64,000 nt of DNA from Christensenellales bacterium (GCA_040768905.1 JAXGMA010000001.1:723806-787805); one strand, 5' to 3'; numbered from the stretch's first letter, positions 50,418 through 59,657 are shown. The notes: generated from the sequence alone by a model not told the origin. A program made the numbers and translations.

Positions 50418-51449
50418 ATGAAAGCTGCTGTTGTAAATAGTATTGGAAAAGTATGCCTGGAGGAAAGAATCATACCGCAGGCAGGAAAAAATGAAGCCCT
50501 TGTTAAGGTCATATATGGTGGCATATGCGGAACGGATGTCCACGTTATGATGGGCAAACACAAAACAGCTAAATACCCTGTTGTTTTGGGGCATGAGTTT
50601 ATTGGCAAGCTTGTTGAACTCAACACGGCAGATGACATCGATGCAAAACCGGGAGACCTCGTTTTTGTACAGCCGTTTGAGTCCTGTGGAATCTGTGAGG
50701 CCTGCATTGAGGGCAGAGAGAATGTCTGCAGCAAACTTGCGATTCTCGGTGTGCATCGCGATGGCTGTTTTGCTGAGTATGTCTCGGTTCCTGCCAGTAA
50801 AGTCTTTAAAATGCCGGATAACCTTGATATGAAGCTGGCTACACTTGTCGAACCGTTGGCGGTCGCGGTCCATGATGTGAAACAAAGCGGTTTAAAGCTT
50901 GGCCAAACAGCTTTGATAATTGGCGGAGGGCCCATCGGTTTACTGATCGCTATAGTAGCAAGATTGGCGGGCGCAACAAAAATCGTTGTCAGCGAAGTGA
51001 ATGACTATAGGCTGCGTTTTGCTGAAAAACTTGGTTTCAAAATCATAGATGCAAAAAAATCAGATTTGAGAAGCATGGCCAAAGACTTCACCGGGTCGAA
51101 AGGTTTTGATGTGGTGTTCGAAGTTTCGGGCACAAAAATAGCGACTGAGCAAATGACGGAGTGCGTGAAGACTGGTGGAAGGATCGTGATCGTCGGCGTA
51201 CCGGGAGATAAATATGTTGTTGATACAGGATTGATGCTTGCCAAGGAGATCGAAATGGTGGGTGTCAGGATACACGCCACTAAAAATTATGTGGCCGCCA
51301 TTGAAATTCTTAAATCTAATATCATTAACGATCAGTTAATAGACTTTATTGACAGTGAATTTTCGTTGGATAAAATAGAAGAAGCGATGAAATATTCGAT
51401 CGAAGATCAGAAGCATTTTAAAACGCTAATAAAAATTGGGGAGATTTAA
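50418..51449 (+). CDS. Zinc MDR dehydrogenase (paralogue 5)
   Basis: GICGTDVHV, GHEFIGK, CGICEACIEGRENVC, GGGPIG. Confidence 0.82.
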   Translation: MKAAVVNSIGKVCLEERIIPQAGKNEALVKVIYGGICGTDVHVMMGKHKTAKYPVVLGHEFIGKLVELNTADDIDAKPGDLVFVQPFESCGICEACIEGRENVCSKLAILGVHRDGCFAEYVSVPASKVFKMPDNLDMKLATLVEPLAVAVHDVKQSGLKLGQTALIIGGGPIGLLIAIVARLAGATKIVVSEVNDYRLRFAEKLGFKIIDAKKSDLRSMAKDFTGSKGFDVVFEVSGTKIATEQMTECVKTGGRIVIVGVPGDKYVVDTGLMLAKEIEMVGVRIHATKNYVAAIEILKSNIINDQLIDFIDSEFSLDKIEEAMKYSIEDQKHFKTLIKIGEI

Positions 51450-51478
51450 GTGTACTTCATATATAAATAAAGAAAATC

Positions 51479-52288
51479 ATGCGGAGGGGCATATTGATAT
51501 ATATCAACCAGGATAAGTGTATAGGATGCCAAAGCTGTGCAAAGGCTTGTCCAGTCAGAGTTTTGGAAATGGATTCAGATCAAAAGGCATTTGTCAAAAG
51601 GCCGACCTTTTGTATTCGCTGCGCCCATTGCTTAAGCGTCTGTCCTTCAGGCGCTGTCTCTTCAGATTTTGAAGATTCAGTACCGGATAAAAGCATAAAA
51701 GGACTTGATATGCCAAGCACTCAGCAGGTCGAGAACCTGATCCTAACAAGAAGAAGCATCCGCTCATATTCAAAGCAAGCCATTCCAAGAGAGATGATTG
51801 AAAAGCTGCTTTTGCTTGCAGCGCAGGCTCCGACGGCCAGAAATGCGCAGGATGTCAAGTATATCGTTGTATCTGATCCGGATAAAACCAAAGAGCTTGA
51901 AAAACTGGCACAAGACTATTTCAGAGCTCAAAAGAACGACAATATCGGAGTGATCACGAGAGATGCGGGTTTTGAGCTGCTGCTTGGAGCGCCTGTAACG
52001 ATCGGGTTCTATGCTGAAAAACGTGAACAGGGCAACGCCAATGAGGCATTATGGAATTGTCTGATCGCTGCGCACAACCTTTTGCTTGCAGCGCATGGCA
52101 TGGGGCTCGGCGGATGCTATAACGGGCTTCTGCTGCATGCTTACCGAAACAAACAGGAATTAAAAAGCTTTTTTGATATGCCAAAGGAAGCAGAAATCTA
52201 TATGTTTGTCGTTATTGGATATCCCGATCCGGACATTTATTATTCAGAGACCATTGCGAGAAAACATCCGCAAGTTATTTGGAGATAA
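51479..52288 (+). CDS. Ferredoxin-domain / nitroreductase-family fusion protein
   Basis: N-terminal 2x[4Fe-4S] motifs CIGCQSCAKACP and CIRCAHCLSVCP, fused to a nitroreductase fold (RRSIRSY ... ). TTG 51494 after GGAGGGG is an alternative start. Confidence 0.75.
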   Translation: MRRGILIYINQDKCIGCQSCAKACPVRVLEMDSDQKAFVKRPTFCIRCAHCLSVCPSGAVSSDFEDSVPDKSIKGLDMPSTQQVENLILTRRSIRSYSKQAIPREMIEKLLLLAAQAPTARNAQDVKYIVVSDPDKTKELEKLAQDYFRAQKNDNIGVITRDAGFELLLGAPVTIGFYAEKREQGNANEALWNCLIAAHNLLLAAHGMGLGGCYNGLLLHAYRNKQELKSFFDMPKEAEIYMFVVIGYPDPDIYYSETIARKHPQVIWR

Positions 52289-52315
52289 CAATTCTATTTT
52301 TGAGAGGTTTATAAC

Positions 52316-53485
52316 ATGATTGATTTTGAGTTTCAGAATAAAACGCGAATTATTTTTGGAAAAGGCAAAGAAAAAACGATCGGTGAGCAAATAAAGCCTT
52401 ACAGCAACAATATATTGTTTGTGCATTATGGCGACGGTATCATTGAGAGTTTGGGATTGTATGACAGTATAGTCGCTTCGCTGAAGGCAAATGGCATAAG
52501 CTTTACGGAGCTAAAAGGGATAAAGCCAAACCCTGAGTTGGGCAAGGTAAAAGAAGGCATAGAAGTTTGCCGGAAAAACAACATCGGTTTTGTGTTGGCA
52601 GTCGGCGGCGGCAGCGTGATCGACACAGTCAAAGGCATTGCAGCCGGTGTGCCATACAGCGGAGATCTCTGGGATTATTTTGAAGGCAAAGCAGGGATAG
52701 TACAAACAGCGCTGCCTACTGGAGTGATCGTGACGCTGCCCGCCTCAGGAAGCGAGACCAGTACCGGGACGGTCATCACGAAAGAAAACGGTAAATACAA
52801 AAGATTCATTGACAGCAACGAGCTTCGGCCACAGTTTGCGATTCTCAATCCTGAGCTTACTTTGAAGCTGCCTCCGTTTTTGACTGCATGCGGAATCGCA
52901 GACATCATCTCCCACACTATGGAGAAATATTTTACGCAGGTAAAAGGCGTTGACTTTATTGATCGGCTTTCGGAGGCGTTGATGCGTTCAATGATCGTCA
53001 ACGGCAGAAAACTTCTTGAATCTCCCGGGGATTATAATGCGCGTGCAGATGTAATGCTGGCGGCCTCGTTTTCTCACAACGGATATCTTGATTCCGGCAG
53101 GACTGCGGATTGGGCAAGCCATATCATCGAGCATGAGTTAAGCGCGCTGTACGGAGTAACCCACGCTGCCGGGCTGACGGCAGTAATCCCGGCCTGGATG
53201 TCATATGTATACAAAAGCGGGCTTGAACGCTTCGTTCAATACGCCGTAAGAGTCTGGGATGTTGATGTCGAATATGGAAGTTTTGAAGATGTCGCTCTTG
53301 AGGGCATAAAAAGAACAAAATTATTCTTTAAAGAATTAGGGCTGCCAACCAGCTTGAAGGAGCTGGATATTGATAACAGCCGATTTGAAGAAATGGCTGC
53401 AAAAGCCACAGAAAACGGAGATGTCGGAAGCTTTTTGAAGCTTGGCAAGCAGGATATCATCAATATCCTTGAATCTGCTTTATAA
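52316..53485 (+). CDS. Iron-containing alcohol dehydrogenase (butanol-dehydrogenase/YqhD-like)
   Basis: FEFQNKTRIIFGKG start, GGGSVIDTVKG, and the downstream His cluster (ISHTMEKY, HIIEHELS). Confidence 0.85.
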   Translation: MIDFEFQNKTRIIFGKGKEKTIGEQIKPYSNNILFVHYGDGIIESLGLYDSIVASLKANGISFTELKGIKPNPELGKVKEGIEVCRKNNIGFVLAVGGGSVIDTVKGIAAGVPYSGDLWDYFEGKAGIVQTALPTGVIVTLPASGSETSTGTVITKENGKYKRFIDSNELRPQFAILNPELTLKLPPFLTACGIADIISHTMEKYFTQVKGVDFIDRLSEALMRSMIVNGRKLLESPGDYNARADVMLAASFSHNGYLDSGRTADWASHIIEHELSALYGVTHAAGLTAVIPAWMSYVYKSGLERFVQYAVRVWDVDVEYGSFEDVALEGIKRTKLFFKELGLPTSLKELDIDNSRFEEMAAKATENGDVGSFLKLGKQDIINILESAL

Positions 53486-53529
53486 AGATGTGAATGAAAA
53501 AGGTTAAGACACGAAGAGGTATGTGATTT

Positions 53530-54363
53530 ATGAAAACAAGCTATAATGAAGCAACAGCGATGGGATGCTCGACGCTTGAGAAGGACCTTGTTCTTTGCGA
53601 AAAATACGGATTCGATTTTATTGAAATCAGGATTGACATGCTGCGAAAGTATTTGGATAAGCATTCAGCCGATGATTTGAAAGCGTTTTTTGATAACAGC
53701 CATATAAAACCTCACGCCTTTAATGCCATATATATTAACTTTTGTGATGATGGCGAATGGCAGTGCGTCATGGATGATTTTTTGCTGGCGTGCAAAGTCG
53801 GCGAAAAAATCGGCGACCATTATATCATCGTGTGCCCGAGAATCACGCCATTGCCATGCACACAAAGTGAGAAGGCGATATTTGAAGATTCGGTGGAGAG
53901 GCTTAACAAACTGGCGGATATAGGGGAAGGTTATGGCATGAATCTCGCTTTTGAACCGGTTGGCAATCCCGGCTGCTGTGTGAGGACGGTCAGACAGGCA
54001 TGGGATATCGTCAAATCAATAGACAGGGACAATGTCGGGATCACGGTCGATGCTTTCAATCTGTATTTGTACAACAAGCTGAGTAATTTTGAAGACATGA
54101 AAATGATCGACACTGATAAGCTTTTTGCGGTTCACCTTGATGACAGCGATGAAAAACCGCTTGAGCAGCTCGATCATTCAGACAGATGCTTTCCCGGGTT
54201 AGGCGTTATCAATCTTAAGAGCTATTTAGGCACTCTCAAAGAGATGAATTATAACGGCATGGTTTCCGTGGAGACCTTCAGGCCGGAATATTGGGAAAAG
54301 GATCCTGAATGGGTCATTAAGACAAGTTATGAATACACAAAGAAGATTTTAGAAGCATACTGA
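53530..54363 (+). CDS. Sugar phosphate isomerase/epimerase (xylose-isomerase-like TIM barrel)
   Basis: AFEPVG, DAFNLY, HLDD, VSVETF pattern of metal-dependent TIM-barrel isomerases. Confidence 0.72.
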   Translation: MKTSYNEATAMGCSTLEKDLVLCEKYGFDFIEIRIDMLRKYLDKHSADDLKAFFDNSHIKPHAFNAIYINFCDDGEWQCVMDDFLLACKVGEKIGDHYIIVCPRITPLPCTQSEKAIFEDSVERLNKLADIGEGYGMNLAFEPVGNPGCCVRTVRQAWDIVKSIDRDNVGITVDAFNLYLYNKLSNFEDMKMIDTDKLFAVHLDDSDEKPLEQLDHSDRCFPGLGVINLKSYLGTLKEMNYNGMVSVETFRPEYWEKDPEWVIKTSYEYTKKILEAY

Positions 54364-54417
54364 TTTTTTTAAGCTGACTTTCTTCATGGCGGTGATGATT
54401 TTCATGCCGCGACTTCT

Positions 54418-54457
54418 AACCTCAGATATGGCTCTGCTGTATCTGGGGTTTTGTTTT
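54418..54457 (+). terminator. Rho-independent terminator (right edge of the island)
   Basis: AACCTCAGATA / TATCTGGGGTT 11-bp stem (one G-U pair), 11-nt loop, then TTTTGTTTT. Confidence 0.7.
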
Positions 54458-54468
54458 CGCAAGGTTGA

Positions 54469-56349
54469 TTAACCGACGAACATTACATAAAAGCTGTTTG
54501 TTTTGGTGTCCGGTATGCCGTATACGTTATAGAGATTTTGATTTTCCAGGTCTGCGTCGCCGTGATAGTAACAATTCAGCCTGCTGTTGCCCGAAAACAG
54601 TACGAAAGTTTTCATATACAAAGCTGCTTCAAGATGATCAATACAGCCAGTCAGATGAACAGGTTTGCCCGATAAACTCTTGAATCTTCTTGACGCATCG
54701 CCAACGGAAAGCTGCTGGGCTTTTGAAATAAAAGAGTCCTGATTGGGTAATCTTTCGACAGCTATAACAGCTTCACTGGGTTTCCAGCCCTCGCTGGAAG
54801 CACGCAGGCCATACATGTTCAGGCCAAGCTGCTCCGATTCGCATACAATAGAATAACGGCCGTCACTCAAGGCCGTTGATGAGGAGACTTTGCCGTTTGA
54901 TGAGCAGGTGATCGTTGCACCAGGCTCAGAGATGCCGGTGCATTCAAAAACGTCTTTATAAACGCGCATATACACAGAATCCGGAGTCAGCGCGAGCTGG
55001 GGGAGTTCTCGGACAACTGTAATACTGTCTTTTGTGATACTTCGGCCAGGCTGGCGCACATCGATATGATAAAAATTTTCGCCCACGGTATCAAGCGGCA
55101 GGATGAGGGAAAGGTGTCCGTTATTGCTGATCATGGGTGAATAATCGGTGTTGTTGATAAAAACAAGAGCATCCGGGCTGACTGCCATTGCGATGTTTAT
55201 GGTCTCGTCCGTTGTGACCGTATATTCCTCCGGCGGTAATTTTCGGGCGTAAGAAGCGGCATTTAACTTCAGTTTAAGAGGTTCTGCTGAATACGTATGC
55301 GTTTCTGATGGAGTGTTGATCATTAAACTTAAATTGTCTGCCGTAAAAGTGTCTTCAAGCGAGAATACGCCGAGTGCACGTGCCAGCGTCTCGTCAGGGA
55401 TCAGAAAGCTTGCTTTCCCCTTTTCCATATCATAAGTTTCCCCGAGAGGCCATACGGTGACGCTTTTTCCGCCGAAGATGGAAACATCAAATTGATGCGT
55501 CGATATGCTGTTGGCCTGCGTTTCACTGATCAATACAACCATGCTGGCAGACAGTGCGCTCCCAGTGCTAAGATCGATTTTACCGCCGGTCAGTTCCCGC
55601 AGCAATGCAGGATAGCTGCCGTATGTCGTCATGACATAGTTGTTAAAAAAGTAAAAACCTGCAAAAAGCGCAGCCGCCAGCAAGCACCAGATAAGAGCAG
55701 TCAAAACGGAGTTTAATTTCCGGCGTTCTTTCTTTTCTGCGTATGTTTCCGGCTGTGTTTTGCGGTACCGACGCCCGATATCATCTTGCTGTGTTTCATT
55801 CGAATCCGAAGATGGCGGCGTTTTCTGCAAATAGGGAGAAGGCGAAGCCTCCACTTCAACGATCTCCAGCCACGGTTTATCAAGCTTTTGTTCAGAAACT
55901 GCTGAATCTGACCCGACGGGCGGCTCAACGGCCGCAAATATTTCTTCAGCTGTATCTTGTTTGCCGGAACCGTTGAGGGATGGCGGGCTGTCTGAAGGAA
56001 TTTCGGCCTGTTTGTTATTGGATGACGAAATGCCGTCACTGGACAGCAAGACGGCAAATGATTCACCAAGATCGGGAATGGCTGTTTGCTGCTCCTTCCG
56101 CTGAAGCGTTTCCGGCGCTGCGTCACCAAGTTTCGCCTCAAAAGCTGGCTTTTCAGCTGTTGCATTTTTGTTATTTTCATTTTGTCCCGAATCTGTCTGC
56201 GCATTTTTTTCTGCGCGCTCCGGCATTTTTTGGGGATCATTGGCATGAACACCAAGCCGGACATTGATGTTTTCCACCAACGCACCGCACCTCGGGCAAA
56301 GCACATCAATAGGGCTTAACTTGTTGCCGCATTTTGGACATTTTTCCAT
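54469..56349 (-). CDS. Zinc-ribbon / single-pass membrane protein with large extracytoplasmic domain, unknown function
   Basis: MEKCPKCGNKLSPIDVLCPRCG, then ~200 aa of low-complexity acidic/Ser/Pro region, one TM (LTALIWCLLAAALFAGFYFF), and ~380 aa of beta-rich C-terminus. ATG 56349 is preceded by GGAGG; the track start 56361 is TTG. Confidence 0.7.
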   Translation of the reverse strand: MEKCPKCGNKLSPIDVLCPRCGALVENINVRLGVHANDPQKMPERAEKNAQTDSGQNENNKNATAEKPAFEAKLGDAAPETLQRKEQQTAIPDLGESFAVLLSSDGISSSNNKQAEIPSDSPPSLNGSGKQDTAEEIFAAVEPPVGSDSAVSEQKLDKPWLEIVEVEASPSPYLQKTPPSSDSNETQQDDIGRRYRKTQPETYAEKKERRKLNSVLTALIWCLLAAALFAGFYFFNNYVMTTYGSYPALLRELTGGKIDLSTGSALSASMVVLISETQANSISTHQFDVSIFGGKSVTVWPLGETYDMEKGKASFLIPDETLARALGVFSLEDTFTADNLSLMINTPSETHTYSAEPLKLKLNAASYARKLPPEEYTVTTDETINIAMAVSPDALVFINNTDYSPMISNNGHLSLILPLDTVGENFYHIDVRQPGRSITKDSITVVRELPQLALTPDSVYMRVYKDVFECTGISEPGATITCSSNGKVSSSTALSDGRYSIVCESEQLGLNMYGLRASSEGWKPSEAVIAVERLPNQDSFISKAQQLSVGDASRRFKSLSGKPVHLTGCIDHLEAALYMKTFVLFSGNSRLNCYYHGDADLENQNLYNVYGIPDTKTNSFYVMFVG

Positions 56350-56448
56350 AACGACCTCCAACCAACAAAAAAACTGCTTAAAATATTTTGCTTATCATGT
56401 TATGATGAACATATTATATACTAATAAGTTGCAGGAGGCACTATTTTT

Positions 56449-57549
56449 TTGGAAATATATCTTGACAATGCTGCGACGACCAAGCCGCTGGAGCCGGCAT
56501 TCAAAAGCCACCTGGTAGCCGGATGGTATAACCCGTCCGCCTCATATGGGCAGGCTGAAGCAGTATTCAATCAAATAAACAGTACGCGAAGGCTATTGGC
56601 ACAAACCGCAGGGCTTTCTGACGGCAGCTGCATTTTCACATCAGGCGGTACCGAAGCAAATAATATGTGCATAAGCGCCTGTCTTCGCCGCGATGCCCAC
56701 TACATCACCAGCACCATAGAGCATCCTTCAGTTTATTCGGTGTTCGAATTTTTGGAGCAGCAGGGTGCCGATGTCAGTTATATAAAACCGCGCAATTTCT
56801 GCATCGACGCACAGGATGTGGCAGGCCTTGTACGTGAAAATACCGTGCTCGTGAGCATCATGCATGTCAACAATGAAACAGGTGCACTCAATAATATTGA
56901 AGAAATCTGCGCGAAAGTTAAAGCCAAAAACAAAAATACGCTGTTTCATTCAGACGGTGTACAAGCGCTTTTTAAAGTGCATTTGAACTTATCGGCGTTC
57001 GGGGCAGACTATTACAGTGTGAGCGCGCACAAAATACACGGGCTGAAAGGCACAGGCGCTCTGCTCTGCAGAAAAGGCGTTCATATCAAGCCTCTGCTTT
57101 TTGGCGGCGGACAGGAATACGGCCTGCGTGCAGGCACGGAAAATACTGCAGGCATACAGGCGTTTGACATGGCTTTGCTTCAGGGCGCGATGGACAACGC
57201 TTATGCACAATCGCTGCATACTGCTTTGATTGACGGCCTTCAAAGCATCCAGGGTGCCGTCATCAACATGCCGGAAAGAAAAGTACCGCACATCGTGAGC
57301 GTGTCTTTTGATGGGGTGCGCGCAGAGGTTCTCGCACGGCTTCTCGGACAGCAGGGCATCTGTATCGGCACGGGAGCTGCCTGCGCCCGCGGGAAAATAA
57401 GCCGTGTGTTGCTCGAATGCGGTTTGAAGCGGAAGCTTGCGGAGGGCACAATACGTATCAGCTTGTGCAGGAACAATACGCATGAGGACATCAGCAAATG
57501 CTTAGACGCCTTAGAACAAGGCGTCAAACAGCTTCGGAGGTTGCGTTGA
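56449..57549 (+). CDS. Cysteine desulfurase (NifS/IscS class V aminotransferase), ThiI partner
   Basis: IYLDNAATTKP, SAHKIHGLKG (PLP Lys), GTGAAC active-site Cys region; directly upstream of thiI. TTG start. Confidence 0.88.
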   Translation: MEIYLDNAATTKPLEPAFKSHLVAGWYNPSASYGQAEAVFNQINSTRRLLAQTAGLSDGSCIFTSGGTEANNMCISACLRRDAHYITSTIEHPSVYSVFEFLEQQGADVSYIKPRNFCIDAQDVAGLVRENTVLVSIMHVNNETGALNNIEEICAKVKAKNKNTLFHSDGVQALFKVHLNLSAFGADYYSVSAHKIHGLKGTGALLCRKGVHIKPLLFGGGQEYGLRAGTENTAGIQAFDMALLQGAMDNAYAQSLHTALIDGLQSIQGAVINMPERKVPHIVSVSFDGVRAEVLARLLGQQGICIGTGAACARGKISRVLLECGLKRKLAEGTIRISLCRNNTHEDISKCLDALEQGVKQLRRLR

Positions 57550-58725
57550 ATGGAAAAAATCATTATCATTCGTTATGCGGAGATCCATTTAAAAGGTCTC
57601 AACCGCCCTTTTTTTGAAAAGGCACTGGTCAGCAATGCCAAAAAAGCTCTCATAAATATAGGCGGCGTTGATGTCAGCCGCGGTGAAGGGCGTATCTATG
57701 TAAAAAACGTTCCGGAGGACATGATGTCTGAGGCGCTTGATGCGCTGACCCGCGTTTTTGGCGTACATTCTATAAGCCCTGCGGTGCGCCTCAAACAGGA
57801 TTTTGATGCGGCAGCGCATGTGCTGGCTGATATGGTGGCCGATGAACGTAAACACTTTGCACAGGAGACACTGCAGTTCCGTGTGGAAGCGCGCCGCGCA
57901 GACAAACGCTTTCCCATGACTTCGGCGCAGATGGCAGCAGAAGCCGGTGCTGTTGTGCTGTCGCGTGTTGATGGGTTAAAGGTCAACCTTAATCACCCCG
58001 AACTGACGGCATATCTTGAGATGCGAGACATGGCCTACTGCTATACAAAAGTCTTCAAAGGGCCGGGCGGCATGCCTGTGGGCTGCAACGGCCGCGCAGC
58101 GCTGCTGCTGTCGGGCGGCATAGACAGCCCGGCCGCGGGCTGCATGATCGCCAAACGCGGCGTGATTTTATCGGCGGTGCATTTTGAAAGTTTCCCGTAT
58201 ACGAGCGACAAAGCGCTTGAAAAGGTGCATCAGCTTGCACGCCTGATGGCGCGTTACACAGGCCCCATAAAGCTGCACACCATACGCTTCACCGATTTGC
58301 AGATGACGCTGCATGAGCGCTGTCCGCATGATTATCTAACAGTACTGATGCGGCGTTTTATGATGCGCATCGCGGAACGCATCGCACACAAAGACAAATG
58401 CCTTGCGCTGGTGACGGGAGAGAGTGTGGGACAGGTGGCGAGCCAGACGTTGGAGAGCCTTGCTGCCACCAACGCGGCTGTTTCCATGCCCGTGCTGCGC
58501 CCGCTGATCGGTATGGACAAGGCGGAGATCACGGAGATTGCACAGCGTTACGGCACGTTTGAGACGTCGATACTGCCCTTTGAAGACTGCTGCACCGTAT
58601 TCGTACCCAAACATCCTGTGACCAGGCCGCGGCTTGATGCCATACGCGAAGCAGAAGCGGGTATTGATGCCGAGGCGATGATATCTGCCGCGCTTGAAAG
58701 CGATGTCGTGACAATGATCGGGTAA
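57550..58725 (+). CDS. thiI: tRNA 4-thiouridine synthase ThiI (no rhodanese domain)
   Basis: THUMP-type N-terminus, PP-loop LLSGGIDSPAA, 391 aa. Confidence 0.92.
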   Translation: MEKIIIIRYAEIHLKGLNRPFFEKALVSNAKKALINIGGVDVSRGEGRIYVKNVPEDMMSEALDALTRVFGVHSISPAVRLKQDFDAAAHVLADMVADERKHFAQETLQFRVEARRADKRFPMTSAQMAAEAGAVVLSRVDGLKVNLNHPELTAYLEMRDMAYCYTKVFKGPGGMPVGCNGRAALLLSGGIDSPAAGCMIAKRGVILSAVHFESFPYTSDKALEKVHQLARLMARYTGPIKLHTIRFTDLQMTLHERCPHDYLTVLMRRFMMRIAERIAHKDKCLALVTGESVGQVASQTLESLAATNAAVSMPVLRPLIGMDKAEITEIAQRYGTFETSILPFEDCCTVFVPKHPVTRPRLDAIREAEAGIDAEAMISAALESDVVTMIG

Positions 58726-58780
58726 TATTTTCCGCATCACCCTTAAAAATTATTTCTCGTAGAATCTTTATCTTTGCATA

Positions 58781-58840
58781 TTGACACCGCTGTTCCCATA
58801 TATTAATATTAGACCAATCAGTACAGACCATACGGTCTAA
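58781..58840 (+). promoter_or_regulatory. Promoter plus inverted-repeat operator of the TetR/ABC-2 operon
   Basis: TTGACA (58781-58786), 17 nt, TAATAT (58804-58809). TTAGACC (58809-58815) and GGTCTAA (58834-58840) are inverted. Inner palindrome AGACC-ATAC-GGTCT (58825-58838). Confidence 0.5.
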
Positions 58841-58881
58841 TCGGGCGCAACGTTTTATTATTTAATAAGGAGGGCATAACC

Positions 58882-59007
58882 ATGGAATGGTGGATCTGGG
58901 TGCTGATCGCTGTGGGCGTGATCTTGATAGGGGCGCTCAAACTCGTCTTTTTCAAAAAGTTTATGCAGAAGAAGAAAGCACAAAAACCAAAATTCGAGGA
59001 TGACTAA
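58882..59007 (+). CDS. 41-aa single-TM peptide (absent from the ORF track)
   Basis: ATG 8 nt after AGGAGG. Encodes MEWWIWVLIAVGVILIGALKLVFFKKFMQKKKAQKPKFEDD: a hydrophobic helix plus a Lys-rich tail. First cistron after the operator-bearing promoter. Confidence 0.5.
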   Translation: MEWWIWVLIAVGVILIGALKLVFFKKFMQKKKAQKPKFEDD

Positions 59008-59015
59008 AAAGGCAG

Positions 59016-59657
59016 ATGAAAAGAACCATTGATTATAAAGAGCTGATTGGTGAAAACAATCCGATCAAACGCTTTCCTCTGCTTTTAGAGGCGGCGCTCG
59101 ACGAATTTTCGCAAAAAAAGTTCAATGAAGCCTCGCTGAACGATATCTTAAAGCAGGCCGGTATGAGCAAGGGAAGTTTCTATCACCACTTTGGCGATAA
59201 ATTCGGGCTGTATATCTGCGTCAGCGATATTCTGGTCGTAAAAAAGCTTGCTTATTTTACGCCGAGGCTCAAAGATGCGGACATCAATGATTTTTTCGGC
59301 TTTTTAAAACAGTTGATGCGCGCGACAGTCGAATATATGCTTGAGGATAAAAGAATGCAGGAGTTTGCAAACAGGTATCTTGAGGAACCAGAAGTGCTAA
59401 AAAACAAGGTGCTGACGCTTTTCCCTTATGATTTTGACTCAGGATTCGGCCCGGTCGTTGCGGCAGCCATGGAAGCCGGCACGCTGAGCAACCGGTTCTC
59501 GCCGCAGTTCGTCACAAAACTTTTTGAGCTTTTTATGTCCAATTCATATAAGCTGATCAGCGAAAGCCAAACGAGAAATACTAAGACAGTCTTTGAGCTT
59601 GTCAACCAATTGATCGATTTTATGCAGTATGGCATTGCCGCAAAGGAGAGGGAATAA
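59016..59657 (+). CDS. TetR/AcrR family transcriptional regulator
   Basis: N-terminal HTH ASLNDILKQAGMSKGSFYHHFGDK. Confidence 0.85.
   Translation: MKRTIDYKELIGENNPIKRFPLLLEAALDEFSQKKFNEASLNDILKQAGMSKGSFYHHFGDKFGLYICVSDILVVKKLAYFTPRLKDADINDFFGFLKQLMRATVEYMLEDKRMQEFANRYLEEPEVLKNKVLTLFPYDFDSGFGPVVAAAMEAGTLSNRFSPQFVTKLFELFMSNSYKLISESQTRNTKTVFELVNQLIDFMQYGIAAKERE

Noticed and set aside
31385-54457. Calling the island a mobile element
   Set aside because: I found no integrase, transposase, recombinase, flanking direct or inverted repeats, or tRNA target. Only composition and synteny suggest acquisition, so it is reported as a finding and not annotated as mobile_element.
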